Shown: positions 24,511 to 37,906, counted from the stretch's first letter. The stretch: DNA of 64,000 bases from Zootoca vivipara (GCF_963506605.1 NC_083278.1:68882001-68946000), one strand, 5' to 3'. Translations and numbers: made by a program. The notes: a model not told the origin generated them from the letters alone.

Positions 24511-27500
24511 AATAGTAAAGCCATTCAGTTGAATGTATTTGAAATAATGCTTTCTTTAAAAAGCTGATTCCTAAACAATAACATAATAAGCTTGACAGTT
24601 TTTTAGACTGCTTTTTGAGGCATATGGGATGAGTTTGTAAAATTAGTACACTTAAATTTATTTATGAAAAGGAGCAGATATCTTCTGATAGACCTTATGC
24701 CTAGTTCTACCTTGGCTAATTCATTAAGTGCCTTTAAATGTCATTGGAAGTAATCTACTAGTTAGAATTCAGTGTTCTAGCAGAACTTGGGATACACACC
24801 AGCACATGTGAAAAATGTTTGTCTTAAATGTGGGTGTAGAAGTGAGATGTAAATGTCTTCATGCAAAATGTTTGTCTTAAATGTGGGTTTGGTAGTGTTG
24901 ATAGGTGGGATTATAATTACAATAAACAGACAAATGCCAAAGTAGTCCTCTAAGCGAGTGACAAAATATCAAAGCCAATTACAGACACCTATTCCCTTAA
25001 TGCTTTTCTCAGAGACCAGCCATGCAAATAGGAGGCAGAATCATTGTAGAACAGTTTTTCTATTCCCCAACACCAGTAACATTATCAAAAATTCAGTGTT
25101 TTACTCCCCCCACCCCAGGCGCAAGGACATCCATAAGTGTGAACAAAGCTGATTTCTGGCCAAAGCCAGACGTGAACCAATATTGGAATGACTCCAGAGA
25201 TAATTGGTTTCCTCCAAAAATTCTTGTGGCTGACCCACTGCTGCCTACTTGAACACCTTGTCCAAAGAGGGGTATGGAGATACCCCGGGGAGGCTTTTTT
25301 CCTCCAATGGATGTACCACCAGCTCCTTCAAAATAGCCATGTGTATGCGTACACATACACTTTACTGTTGGTCTTATCAGGAAAGCAATTTATTGTTTTT
25401 ATGGCTTTCGCTGAATAAGGTACGGTAGAGTGACTGAACAGCTATAATCTAATCAAGTTCAGTGTTTTATATAACATTTGAATGCCTGCATACTAATAGA
25501 GGAATGTGAACTTAACCTGCTGAACATTATTCTTAAACAAATGTCCAGTTAGTTGGTCCCTTTATGATTCATTTTAATTGGAGTGACTGCCCTGCATTTC
25601 ACTGCAAGCAAAAGGCAAAATATGTTTGACTTTCAGTGCTTGATGGTTGAGCTTGCTTCTTTTCCTCATCTGGACATGTAGGAGTTTGATTACCATTTTA
25701 ATTGAGTTTCTGAAATTTTGAACATGTTTCTTTACAGGTGTGGAAAATCAAATAAAATTGTTGCATTTGCATACTTGCAACGTACTTTTAAATATAACTT
25801 AAGTTACAGCTTGTTAATGAATACTGAACACAGCCTGTAGGTATCTACAAACTACTGTAGTCGCAAATGTTTTTGATAGCCCACTTGCCCACATAAGCGC
25901 AGCCTGTCCCATCTTTCAATAAAATCAGAGAATTGCTAACAGTACATATGGCATGCTCCCCCAGTCTCAAGTCGTGCACTACTTTTTTGAAGAAAATGAA
26001 CATTGCACCATCTCTTCTATACTCAGCACAACCAAAGAGCGCTATCTTCTTCCCAGCAGAAAAATGTGAGTTCTCCCAACACTTGAACTCCCTTTACGTT
26101 AGCAGACTTTGTTTTTTGTGCCTGCCCACTGTACAGTTTTCCAATTGGTGCATTGGCATAGAGCAGTAGAAATTCATTTTCAGTATTAAAATGAAAAAAG
26201 ACCAATGAACCCAACTCTCCTTTCCCAAGAAGTCTAGTCCAGATCTTTCTGCCTTAGTTGCAGCAACTTTGTTACAAGCCAGTTTGTTTTTAAAGTAGGG
26301 AGGATAAAATAGCTGGTGTATTTTAAGGCTAAGTTGGTGTAAACATTATTTTTTGAGAGGAGGGAGATGGGGCAGAAGATAGGTCAACTCTTTATTTGCA
26401 GTGGAGGTGTACTCTTTGCTGACATGACAGGTTTGGGAAGAGGCTTGGGAAAAGGGTCTTGAAATGGAGAAGCAGGATAGAGCTTGAGGAAAGGATATGC
26501 ATGGAAGTGAGAAATAAAAAGAGTATAAGCAGAAGCAGGCAGCACCATTTTTAATCTATTGTAGAGGACTTCAGCAGTGTGGCAGGATTGACAATGACAG
26601 GCAGATCTGGCAAGCATAGTTTACCTTGACAAGAAAAATATTGGCATTTCTCTTACCCCTCAAAGTGGCAAAGTGCAGCTGATACATACTCATGACAGCA
26701 TCCCTGTTTTAATAGCCAAAATGAAATTCATAGTTGTCATGGCAAGTAGTTGTAGATATCTGGTAACCTCACTGATGGTACTTCTGTCTTGTGATATCAT
26801 AGGGTGCTGCAGAGTTCATTTGATTGCTATACGTATTTGCAAATATGCACTGGAAAACTCAAAACAGCACTCATTACATTTCCAACTTGTCGTGATGCCA
26901 GTGCTTTGAACGTTAACAGAGAGAAAATGTGATGTGTTGCTTGAGACATACTTTCTACCCACAGATTTTTTGGAATATGCCTAAAGGGGTAAAAGGAATA
27001 GCTTTGGGATCTGATAATTGTATAGTTTTCATACTTCATAATTTGAATTTAAAAGCTGATTAGGTGGCTTGAGTACCTTTCTAATTTGATCCTAGTGTTC
27101 GAATTAGAGCCTAGTGCTCGATTAGTTAAGCCTAGTGTTAAAGGGCTCTTCGTCTCCATTTGAAACGGGTTCCATTCTGTGTGTTTGATAACCCTTAAAC
27201 AAATTTGATCAAGAACTTTTAAACATAGTTCTGGGATTGTGCTAAAATATGTGGACATTCCTTATCAAAAATTTCCTGGCAGGTAATGTGTTAGAATTGC
27301 AAATATTACTTTAAAGTGCTAGTTAATGCTTTATCTTACAACATATTTTTTGAGAAATCCTGCAAACTGCTTTAGTATTCAGTGATAAATGTGCCTTTTA
27401 TAAGCTTTCCCCAAACATACATGTAAATAATAATCCATATTTTGAAATATACCTGTAGCCCTTTGAAAGAACCTGTTCTTCAAAAATCAAACTGGAGAGT

Positions 27501-28581
27501 AATGTGTATGGGAGTGGTGGTTCAACAGCATGTTTGTTCAGATAGATAACATTTTTTAAAAGGTGCTTAAGATAATGAATATATTCATTATGGCGATTTT
27601 GAGAATAAATTGTTTTTAGATCTGCATGGAAAGATGAAAGTTTCAAATATGCATCTTTTTGGGCATGATAGGTGTTACCATCATATTGAAGAAGAGAATG
27701 TTGGAATGGATGTGGTGGATATTTTAGAATGATGCTGCTTTTAGAAGTGAAATATATCTTTCCTACTATTCTTGCTCAGTAGGCCATAGAGTGCAGCACA
27801 TTTTTATAATAAAGATGATGAATTTAATCGCAAACTGGCAGTCAAATGGAAATTGCAGTCCTTGATACTAGGAGAAAATTGCCTATAAAGCAACTCCTGG
27901 GAGAGCAGGCTTTAAATTTATCCACCCATTTCGACATTGAGTAGAGGGTAGGAATTGCAGGGTATTTGCTGGGCCTGCTTAGTTTAGATGGATGATGGTT
28001 CATTTTTCCTTTATTTAAGAACTAGAGAGAGAGTTTGTTAAAAGATGACCTTGTTGCCTTGCGTGTAAGGCATTTGGCAAACTGATCTATTTATAAAGCT
28101 TTTGAAATATTTAGGCCTCAAAATAATCATGAATGAAAGCGTATATTACAAGCGAAGGCCTGTTCTTTGTGTTCCCATTATTTTCTCAGTTTACAGTTGC
28201 AATGCTGATATAAGTTGAAAAAGGATAAAACAGTATATTGAATATTTTTTAGGGTAGCTTAGGATTTTTTCAAGCAAGGTTTCAGAAACTAGTATTTCAC
28301 TCTGGGTGAATTTTAAGGATATTTCAGGTGCAAATTTGCTGATTATCACTGGATCATTCACAGATCATTGTGTATTTTTATAGATTTATTACACTTGTAC
28401 CCATCCTTTAATTAACTCAGAATTGTGTAAAAGCTCTCTGTCTGCTGACTTGATCATCACAATAATTCTGTGCAGTGTGTTAGTCCAAGAAATTGCATAG
28501 CACGAGGTTCCCAATGAGCAACATGGTAGAATGGGGATTTGCAACTGGCTGGAGATGCCCAGGAGCCACTGTTGGCTCCTA

Positions 28582-28826
28582 CCATGTTTCTCCGAAAATA
28601 AGACACTGTCTTATATTTATTTTTCCTTAAAAACCCCCACAGTGGCTTATTTTCAGGGGATGTCTTATTTTTTATTACGTGTCCAGCCTTGCCTCTTCCT
28701 TGGGGCCCTCCAGAACTGCACCTATCACTATGTCTTATTTTTGGGGTATGGCTTATATTGCGCAAATGCTTAGAAATCCTGCTATGGCTTATTTTATGGG
28801 TATGTCTTATTTTAGGAGAAACGGGG
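28582..28826. mobile_element. Tc2/pogo-like MITE
   Basis: TA|CCATGTTTCTCCGAAAATAAGAC...GTCTTATTTTAGGAGAAACGGGG|TA. Confidence 0.8.
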
Positions 28827-29735
28827 TAGCATCTCCACCTGCCTGCCTGCAGTTAGCTCATCTGCTGGCATGACGGCAGTAAAAGACGTACGTCTGCTCT
28901 GCCCAAACACCTGATTTGCCCAGCAGTGCAGACGCAAAAGACGTGCTGCCAGGTGAATCAGGTGTTTGGTGGGGTTGCTGCCGCACTACCCTCCAGACCC
29001 CCTGATTTCACCTGGCAGCATTTTTATTTTTTGCTGCAGGGCTACCTGGTCTGGTAACAGGGCAGAAAGAAGGCACGTAGACAATTTGGTTTGGTGCCCA
29101 CAACCTAGATCCCAGGAGCTACTAGCATTCATACTCCAGTTTCTAACACATTTTTTAAAACGTATATATTTTTAAGGCTATCGGTGTTTAATTGGATGAA
29201 AACAGTCCTTCAGGTAACCAGTCCACAAAGTTTAGGGCTTTCAAAAGCAATACCAGTATTTTGAATTATAGGTCTGGAAGTGCACTGGTAACTGGAATAA
29301 CTGAAACATGTTCTCCCCCCCCCCCCCTGGTCCCCACAGTACCTGGGTGGCCACATTTTGCATCAGTTGAGGTTTTTGACTCTTTAAATGCAGTACCACG
29401 TAAAGCACATTACAGGAAGTAGTCTAGCATGAATAGCTAAGTTGAGGTTTGTTCATTTCAGATAGGTTTGCGGTTGGCATACCAGCCCAATAATAGTAGC
29501 AAAGCCACCTGCACTTACTAAGTTTATGCCCAATGCAGAAGAGCTTCTGAACTGCCTTATTGCACCTTCAGGAAGAGTGCAATCCTGTCTGACATGGTTG
29601 CAAACATACATCCAGCATAGATTGTTTATCCTTGATCTTGCATGGATTAATATCTAGCTTGTTCACTCTTATGCAGCCCAAAGGTGCTTCCAGCACAAGT
29701 TAAAGTGTTGTAAGTCTCCATGGGATTAGTAGACA

Positions 29736-29972
29736 CCCTGTTTCTCCGAAAATAAGACGTAGCCATAAAATAAGCCATAGCAGGATTTTTAAGCATTCAA
29801 TGAATATAAGCCATGCCCTGAAAATAAGCCATAGTGATAGGCAGTTTAACCGTGTAGGTTAAACTGTATCATACTTAATAAAAAAAATAACACACCCCCT
29901 GAAAATAAGCCATAGTGTTTTTTTTTAGGAAAAATAAATATAAGACGGTGTCTTATTTTCGGAGAAACACTG
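29736..29972. mobile_element. Tc2/pogo-like MITE, opposite orientation to 28582
   Basis: CCCTGTTTCTCCGAAAATAAGAC...GTCTTATTTTCGGAGAAACACTG|TA. Confidence 0.8.
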
Positions 29973-30039
29973 TACAAATGAGAGAGCTGGGTTACATCCA
30001 CATATTGATAACACTGCAGACAAAACCACAAGATTATTT

Positions 30040-30380
30040 CCTTAATGGTTTATGTAGACATTAAATAGTGTGGGGAACAAGATGGAACCTTGGGAAACTC
30101 TCTGGAGTGTTACACTAATCCTTTAGGGCCACCTTCTGTCACCAGTTTTTTTAAGAAGGACTGGAGAAAAGTGCCTCCTAATGTATAAACTATATAGAAG
30201 GATACCATGGTTAATGGTATCAAAAGCTGTTGAGGGGTGTAAGAGAACCAATAAGGTTGCAACCCTGCTCACTTTCCTGGCAGAAGTCATTCATCAGGGC
30301 AACCAAGTTTGGTTCCATCCCAAAGTTGGTTGTGCGACTAGATTGGAATTAATCTAAATCAGTATCTGCCAAGCCTACCT
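30040..30380 (-). mobile_element. Old L2/CR1 RT fragment
   Basis: Reverse complement of ~30198-30227 encodes AFDTINHGIL; remnant of GVPQGS near 30080. Confidence 0.55.
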
Positions 30381-30416
30381 AGAGGCGAGAAGCTACTCAC
30401 TGAGCACTTCAGTCAT

Positions 30417-30597
30417 ACTTCGGGTTAAGTACGCTTCAGGTTGAGTACTTTCAGTTTAAGTACTCTGTCGACCTGTCTGGAATAGATTAATCCACTTTCC
30501 ATTACTTTCAGTGAAAAAGTTCGCTTCAGGTTAAGTACGTTTCAGGTTAAGTACGGACTTACAAAACCAATTAAGTACTTAACCTGAGGTACCACTG
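30417..30597. mobile_element. Truncated Tigger-like MITE of the 39838 family
   Basis: Shares ATTAATCCACTTTCCATTACTTTCA..AAAGTTCGCTTCAG and has the right TIR GAGGTACCACTG. Confidence 0.7.
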
Positions 30598-31167
30598 TGT
30601 CTAGAAGAAACTTGGTGAATGAAGGGAGAAAATCTCTTTTCACTGTTTTCCTCAGAAGCAGTGCACAGACTGGTGCAGGAATAAGGCTGCATTGAGTATG
30701 TTCCTCTCCCATATTTCCAACTCAGTTGAAACATTAGCACTTTGATGTTAGTTCACACCTGAAGGCTGGTATGATACCTGGAGAAAAAACAGGAATGCAG
30801 TAGTTTGAAGGATATGTCTGGATTCTCAGAAATAAATGAGTGAACAAATGCTGTCAGTACCAGAGAAAAAAAACTTAGGTGAAATCACCTTGGTCATACC
30901 TTGGAAGATACAGTAAATGTTCCATATATTCCAAGTGTTACCATAGGTTCTTCCTATGATCCTCCCCTAAAGCTGAATATAGAGTTTATCACCATCTTTT
31001 TATATGTGTAAAGTTACACATATAACTCTTGTATCGCTGCTAAAAATGCCTGCAAAACAATGGCTTTACACGCCATGATGATAGCTGTTGATTTCAGTCT
31101 CAACATACAATAATGCCAGTGGACACAAACTGATACTAAGGTTAATATTAACTCCAGAGATATCACT

Positions 31168-31202
31168 TTATTCATTCATTCATTCATTCATTCATTCATT
31201 CA
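31168..31202. repeat. (TTCA)n microsatellite
   Basis: Direct reading. Confidence 0.9.
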
Positions 31203-31230
31203 AATGGATTATATTTATTAAATTTATATA

Positions 31231-31439
31231 CAGTGGTACCTCGCAAGATTAATGCCTCGCACAAAGAAAAACTCGCTAGACAAAAGCATCTTGCAATGTT
31301 TTTGGTGACTCGCAAGACGAAGTTTTTCGGCCGTATTCTCCCCCCCCCCCCCGCAGCAACCCACGTTTCGCAAGATGAAATTATCGCTAGACGAAGCGAC
31401 TCGCGGCATGAATTAATTTTGTCTTGTGAGGCACCACTG
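31231..31439. mobile_element. Tigger/pogo-like MITE
   Basis: TA|CAGTGGTACCTCGCAAGA...TCTTGTGAGGCACCACTG|TA. Confidence 0.85.
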
Positions 31440-33220
31440 TACTACCCTTCACCTGAAGATCGCAGGGCAGTTTACAACATAGAAACAAATACTGTGTAAA
31501 TCAGAGATGGTTTGTGGGCTGGATCAGGTCTGCTGATTTTAAAAGATGCCACTTCCTGACCTTGGACAGGCACATGATTTCCCTCTTGAATGCTGTCATT
31601 GCTAGCAGGTTTTAATTCTCCAGAAACAGGAAGGAGTACCTCTGAACTGCTAGTGATGGTGGCATCCAAGAGGGAGAAAAGGAGCCTTTTCAAGCTATCT
31701 TCTTCCCTATCAAAGTACTAAGCAGGGGGGAGAGGTCTGTCTCTTCCCAGTGCTATGATGGGGAGGAAAAATGCTGGCTGTTCTTTAGTGATTAATCTCT
31801 GAAGAATTGACATCATTTCTTCCCCCCAGTCCAGCATTGTGGAGAAGAAAATTCTGCTCCACTACTTTGCTGGATGGATTGGAAACAAATCCTGTATGTC
31901 TTCCTGGAGGGTAGGGATGGTGAGTGCCCAGTTGGTTGCACATGTTCTCTTTGTGTTGGGGGGGAAGCAAGTGTGGCAATGCCTACTTTGGCAGCACACA
32001 CATTGGCTTTTTCCAATGCCTGCATCTGTTCCTTGGAGAGCTGGCTACTAGTAAATGTGGCCAGTGGGCAACCGTCTAATCTGGATTAAATCGTTGTCTT
32101 TCATGGTTCCCCATTTCTTCCCTGTATTTCCTGTAACCTAGTGTTAGTTTGCATCGGTGCAAACCGGAGTGGAAGATGAACATTGGCTAAGTTAATATCT
32201 GCTGTCCATTAGAAACTAAATTTTATGTTTGAGTAATATCTCTAAATTTGTAGTATCTTTTTATCGTATTTGCTGTTCTTCTTGCATATTAAATAGCTTG
32301 TGTGAAATCTTACTCGAAATCAAACAGGTTATCTACAGCATTTTAATTACTGGCTAACATGCTTTTCTCCTTAAATCATTTACGTACAGATATCAGCTGG
32401 AGAATAACTATTTATATTCTGAAAGGCATGTTTAGATACTGTGAATAAAACTGCACAAGCCACAATAGTGCCAGTACTTGTTACAGTTTCCTGTGTTAAA
32501 GTAAAAAGTGCCCTACTAGATTTCTTAACATGGCTTGTTAAATTTCAGTAGAAATCAAGGTAGTTTTTCCACTTAAATAAAAGTTAATACTTGAAGTCAG
32601 TTTGCTTACCTTTGGAAATCCTTTCTGGATGGTGTCTAGTAAAAATAACAGTGCTGTTTACTGATTCACATATTAATCATCATGCTAAATAGGAAACTTT
32701 GCAAAATGTTCCTTTAATAAAGTGAAAGTAAACATGCAGAATTGTGGCAAAAAATATTTACACAAGCTGGTTGCTTTGTCAAAAACTGTCATTTCATTCC
32801 CTGCAGGTTTTCTTTTAAAAAGTTTTCAACCTTAAGTGCTGTTGGAATATAATTTTTATTATTATTATTAAAGAGTGACCCCCAAGATAGACTTGAAGCG
32901 TCTTTCTTGATACTGAACTTCAGTGATTCTTGGGGAAATGTCAGGAGCTTGTAAAGTAACACATTAACATGTTACATATGAAGGTTTTCAAGATCTCTGT
33001 ATAAAGTTGACAAAGAGTTCTAAAATTGGGAGAGTAAAGTAAAACATGAAACAAATTAAGGTTTGAAATAGTATTAAAGATACCCCATTACCAGATTTTT
33101 TGTGTGTTTGATCATGCCCAGTTTATAAAGGAGTAGTGTATTTCATTAAAAAAAAAAGTGCCACCTCTCTTGCAGCTGGATGGAATACAGTAGCTCCAAT
33201 GTCAACATATTTCTCAACAT

Positions 33221-33692
33221 TGGAGGAGACTCTTGAGAGTCCCATAGACTGAAAGAAGATCAAACCCAGGCATCCCCAAACTTCGGCCCTCCAGATGTTT
33301 TGGACTACAATCCCCATCATCCCTGACCACTGGTCCTGTTAGCTAGGGATCATGGGGGTTGTAGGCCAAAACATCTGGAGGGCTGCAGTTTGGGGATGCC
33401 TGATCAAACCTATCCATTCTTAAGGAAATCAGCCCCGAGTGCTCACTGGAAGGGCAGATCCTGAAGCTGAGGCTCCAATACTTTGGCCACCTCATGAGAA
33501 GAGAAGACTCCCTGGAAAAGACCCTGATTGAGGGCACAAGGAGAAGGGGACAACAGAGGACGAGATGGTTGGACAGTGTTCTTGAGTCTGACCAAACTGC
33601 GGGAGGCAGTGGAAGACAGGAGTGCCAGTGCCTGGTGTGCTCTGGTCCATGGGGTCACGAAGAGTTGGACATGACTAAACGACTAAACAACA
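33221..33692 (+). mobile_element. BovB LINE 3' fragment interrupted by a hAT MITE
   Basis: Homologous to 24175-24510; interrupted at ATCAAACC. Confidence 0.88.
33267..33402. mobile_element. Palindromic hAT (Charlie-type) MITE, 136 bp
   Basis: TIR CAGGCATCCCCAAACT/AGTTTGGGGATGCCTG; 8-bp TSD ATCAAACC. Confidence 0.92.
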
Positions 33693-33804
33693 GGAACTGC
33701 TAATGGCAGATTTCATCCAGCAAGTCCCACCTCCCATTCTGCCAGTGCAGAATTCAGTGGCCAGGTTGCTCACTGGACAAGACGGTTTGAGCATATTACA
33801 TATT

Positions 33805-34245
33805 TGACCTATAAAGCCTTAAATGGCTTAGGACTACAATACCTCAAGGACCGCCTTTTTCCATATGAACCTACCCAGAATCTGAGATCATCTTCTGAGG
33901 CCCTTCTTCATGTGCCTCCTCGAAGTCCAAAGGGTGCCAACACAAGAACAGGTCTTCTCTACAGTGGCTCCCCATCTATGGAATGCTCTCCCCAGGGATG
34001 TTTGCCTGGTGCCTTCATTATACACCTTTAGGCACCAGGCAAAAACGTTCCTTTTAAACCAGGCCTTTGGTTGATCTGATTGACATCCTATGCTATTTTA
34101 AAATGTGGCTTGTTCTTTTGCGGGGTGTGTGTGTTAATGGGTTGTTTTTATTTTGATTATATAGTGGTTTTTTTGGTTGATTTCCCCCCCCCCTGTGAAC
34201 CGCCCTGAGACCTCTGGGTATAGGGCAGTATATAAATTCAACCAC
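33805..34245 (+). mobile_element. L2 LINE 3' fragment, different subfamily
   Basis: TYKALNGLGLQYLKDRLFPYEPTQNLRSSSEALL; tail CTGTGAACCGCCCTGAGACC..GGGCAGTATATAAA. Confidence 0.75.
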
Positions 34246-35716
34246 CACCACCTATGAAGGCTATGAGAATAAGAATGCCCCAGGGGCTCCTCCCATTTTG
34301 GAGATGATTCTTGCTTTTATTGCATGCAGGTTGCTACCAATGCTAGAGTTTTGAAAGCCATGGTTGGTACCAAATAGGGTTAGCACACATAATGTTACCC
34401 TTGGTTAGTTCCAAAAGGGGAGCGGAGGGGGAAATTGTACCTGCAGGTGTGGGGGGGAGGAGAGAGGGGGCATATTGTGGACATTCCTGTGCTTAGTAAT
34501 TTGGTGATGTTATCTCTATACTCGGCTAAGTTAGATCAGTATATATTGATGTTGGAGCTAGCATCCTCCATGGTCCCAGTAAAAATGTATATTTTATTTC
34601 CTTTTCTGAGAGAGTGAGGTTTTAAGCAATGATACCATGCAAATTCTCCCATCCACAGCTGCAGGCCTACCACTGAATTTGTTGCTACTTTCTGAGCCTT
34701 TTTAAAATTAGTGCAAAGTCTGCGGAGAGTCCTGGGCTTTAGAACAGCTTAGTGTGACATCGAAGAATCTCTGCCTCCCTCTCTTGGTTTGCAGCTGTGT
34801 AGAAGTGAGGAGAGTAGTAGAGAAGGAGTGCTCTGAATATGTCTATGAAAGAAGCCCATCTTGGAGATGAAAAGAGCCATTGACTTGCATAATGTTTGAC
34901 TATTACATGTTGTTGTTGGTATTTAGTCGTTAACTCTATTGGAAGGAAACTCCATTGAATTGTAGGTGATGTTTCTGTGTTCATGAAATAGCACAGAGTC
35001 TAGCAAACTAGAAATCCCCAAAGGTGCAGACTCCTCCACAGAATCATTGTGGGTGGTATTACTGGGCCCAGTGAGTAATTTACTACTGAGAACATGCTAT
35101 TGTGCCCTTGATCAAAATGTCCAGAGAGATCTTGAGATGCAGGATGAAATCAAGGGAGTGTCCAAAATAGGAGATGATGTTATGGATGATTTCAGCTATC
35201 ATTGTATAAACTGGCTACATGTGTAAAAAATCTTGATACCATAAATGACTGTGCTCAATAACAGGTGATCGTGAAACTGACCAGGAAGATGATGAGGATC
35301 TTAAGTGGTGCTAAGGCCCTGGTGTGAGGTGTAATTGTTTGTTGAACCAGTTTGGAGCAGTGACCATAGTGCTTGTATATTCAAATATATTCAAATAATC
35401 CAGCATGATGTTGAAGAGATCTAGCCTGCACACAGCAGTTGCCTCTATTTGTGCCCGAAGTGGGACCTTGTTAGCTTCATAGGCTGAATGAGTTTCTCTT
35501 GGAAACTGGGATCGCTGGGCTCCAGTCCTGTTTGCTACAGCTGCTCTGCTGCTCCCAAGAATTCCCTTGTGTCGGAGATAATATGAAAATAATACTGTAC
35601 TTGTTTTGATGATTCTGGAGTATTCCTTGCATGTACTGTATGCCTTGTAATAGCGGGTACATTGTGACGAATATACTGTGTCTTTGTATGCTGGCTTGAA
35701 CCCCTGTTTTTTTCTA

Positions 35717-36976
35717 CAGTGGTACCTCTGTTTATGAACACAATTGGTTCCGGAAGTCTGTTCATAAACTGAAGCGTTCATAAACCGAAGCGAACTTTCC
35801 CATTGAAAGTAATGGAAAGTGGATTAATCCGTTCCAGACAATGAAAAACACCCCCTAAAGCAGCAATTTAACACAAATTTTACTGTCTACCAAGACCATT
35901 GATACATAAAATGAAGGCAATGATCAATGCACTGTACTATGAAATAAATAAGACAGTATTGTAGATGAAAAAAATTAAAATTAATTTTTTTCTTATCTGG
36001 ACTGATGATAGTCATTGTTTGGATGGGGGCTCAGGGTCCTCTTCGCTTCTGTGGCAGCGGCAGCGGTGGTAGTTCAGCGACGGGGCAGCTGGGCCAGGGC
36101 CTCCTCCTTACCCCGCTTTTGCCCCTGGGACCCTCCAGCCCCGGATCTCTGGGTGGCCGGGCAATCCCGGTGTGGCGGCCGAGTCCGCGGAGCTCCTGAG
36201 GGCAGCCAGTGTGTTTGTGCTGCCCGAGCAGCTCCTGAGCCGCTGAGACCGCCGTCGCCGTGTGGGTGCCGTCTCAGCGGCTCAGGGGCCCCTCGGGCAG
36301 CGCGAACAGGCTTACCGCCCTCAGGAGCTCCGCGGACTGGGCCACAGCTACGGAAGCGCTCCGATGCCTTCGGGCCAGTCCGCGGAGCTCCTGAGGGCAG
36401 CGTGTTCGCACTGCCCGAGAGGCTCCTGAGCCGCTGAGGCCGCCGCCGTGTGGGTGCCGGGGGTGCCTGGTGGACCGGCCAAGAGGTCGCCCCTCCCCCA
36501 GCGAGCGCAATAGCCCGAAATCGAGGGCGCCCTGCTGCCAATCAGCCTCCAACCAGGCAGAGCCCCGGGGCCCAGAGGCCTGGGATCTCCTGCCTTGCGG
36601 AGCGCCGAGGCGTCGGACTCGACCTTTCTGCCGCCGCCACGGTCAATCCGGAGAGGGAGAGGAGTCCCTCCAAGAAAGGAGCCTCGGACCCGTTGACCCC
36701 CCCCCGGCTGCTGCTGCTGCACCGCACCGGGATCGCCCGGCCACCCGGAGATCAGGGGCCGGAGGGTCCCAGGGGTAAAAGCGAGGTAAGGAGGAGGCCC
36801 TGGCCTAGCTGCTCCGCGAAGGCATCAGAGCGCTTTCGCAGACGCTCCGATGCCTCGGTGGAGGCCTCAGTAGGCCTTGAAAACCCTGGAAACCTTGGGT
36901 TACTTACTTCCGGGTTATGATCGTTCGTAAACTGAAAGTTTGTAACCCGAGGTGTTCGTAAACCGAGGTTCCACTG
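35717..36976. mobile_element. Tigger-like non-autonomous element (1260 bp) with GC-rich internal cargo
   Basis: TA|CAGTGGTACCTC...GAGGTTCCACTG|TA; the first ~120 bp are the reverse complement of the right ends of the 39838 and 40486 elements. Confidence 0.85.
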
Positions 36977-37109
36977 TACTGTATCTTTAAAAAATGGCAT
37001 GGCTACCTCAGACTCAGAACAGGAGTCCTCCACAGTATAACATTTTCTTGCATATCCCAATTATTTCATAGGGAGCTAAACTGTTCATTCAGACCAGTAG
37101 GGTCTAAAT

Positions 37110-37245
37110 CAGGCATCCCCAAATTTCGGCCCTCCAGATGTTTTGGACTACAATTCCCATCATCCCTGACCACTGGTCCTGTTAGCTAGGGATCATGGGA
37201 GTTGTAGGCCAAAACATCTGGAGGGCCGTAGTTTGGGGGTGCCTG
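37110..37245. mobile_element. Palindromic hAT MITE
   Basis: Near-identical to 33267-33402; TSD GTCTAAAT/GGCTAAAT. Confidence 0.9.
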
Positions 37246-37906
37246 GGCTAAATGCATTAAATAAAGCATGTAATATCAGGTAGTCCATGTGACAAGAAGT
37301 AGAGGTGCTATGAATAGTTGATTGAAGCAAATGGTTTTGTCAGCAAGTACCGTATTTACTCAAATCTAATGCTCGCCTTTTTTGGCCAAATTACCTTGTG
37401 AAAATTAAGGTGCGCATTAGATTCAATGGCACATCTACATTTGCCAACAAATACTTCTTTTGGTTTCAAGGTTCTGAAAATTGAGGTGCATGTTAGATTT
37501 GATGGCTCAAGTAAATGCAGTATTTCTGCATTTGTAATGTACATTTTCTATGCTTACATTGACATCAAGATACAGCTTTGTGCTTAAATGAACATTTGCT
37601 TTAATTCAACAATAGTTGCTTTAGCAGCTCATACTGGTTTGTGTTACATAAGTGTAAGTACCTAAATGTAGGTTTTGTTTCCTGGATATCAACTGCATTT
37701 ACCCATAGTGAAGTACTGTATGTTGGTTTACAAAAATGTGAAATGTGATAATCTTTCATCCTTATAAAGCATAATGAAAACAGTTGTTCTAAAACAAAAT
37801 AATGATCTTTTGTGAATAATTCTTTTAAAGTCAGTTATAATTCTTTGCATCTTTTGGTCAAGTTCTTTGTGTTCTTGCCAGCTCATGTGACTTGGTATGT
37901 CTAAGC

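Noticed and set aside
24812-24888. 24-bp direct repeat AAAATGTTTGTCTTAAATGTGGGT with a 29-bp spacer; similar local duplications near 12650-12720
   Set aside because: Consistent with ordinary slippage or repair duplications; no sign of function
24958-25418. Cluster of short ORFs with coding-like composition
   Set aside because: No recognisable homology, consistent frame or splice signals
35100-35781. 156-aa minus-strand ORF 35311-35781
   Set aside because: It starts inside a MITE and runs into sequence with only faint L2-like traces; too degraded to call
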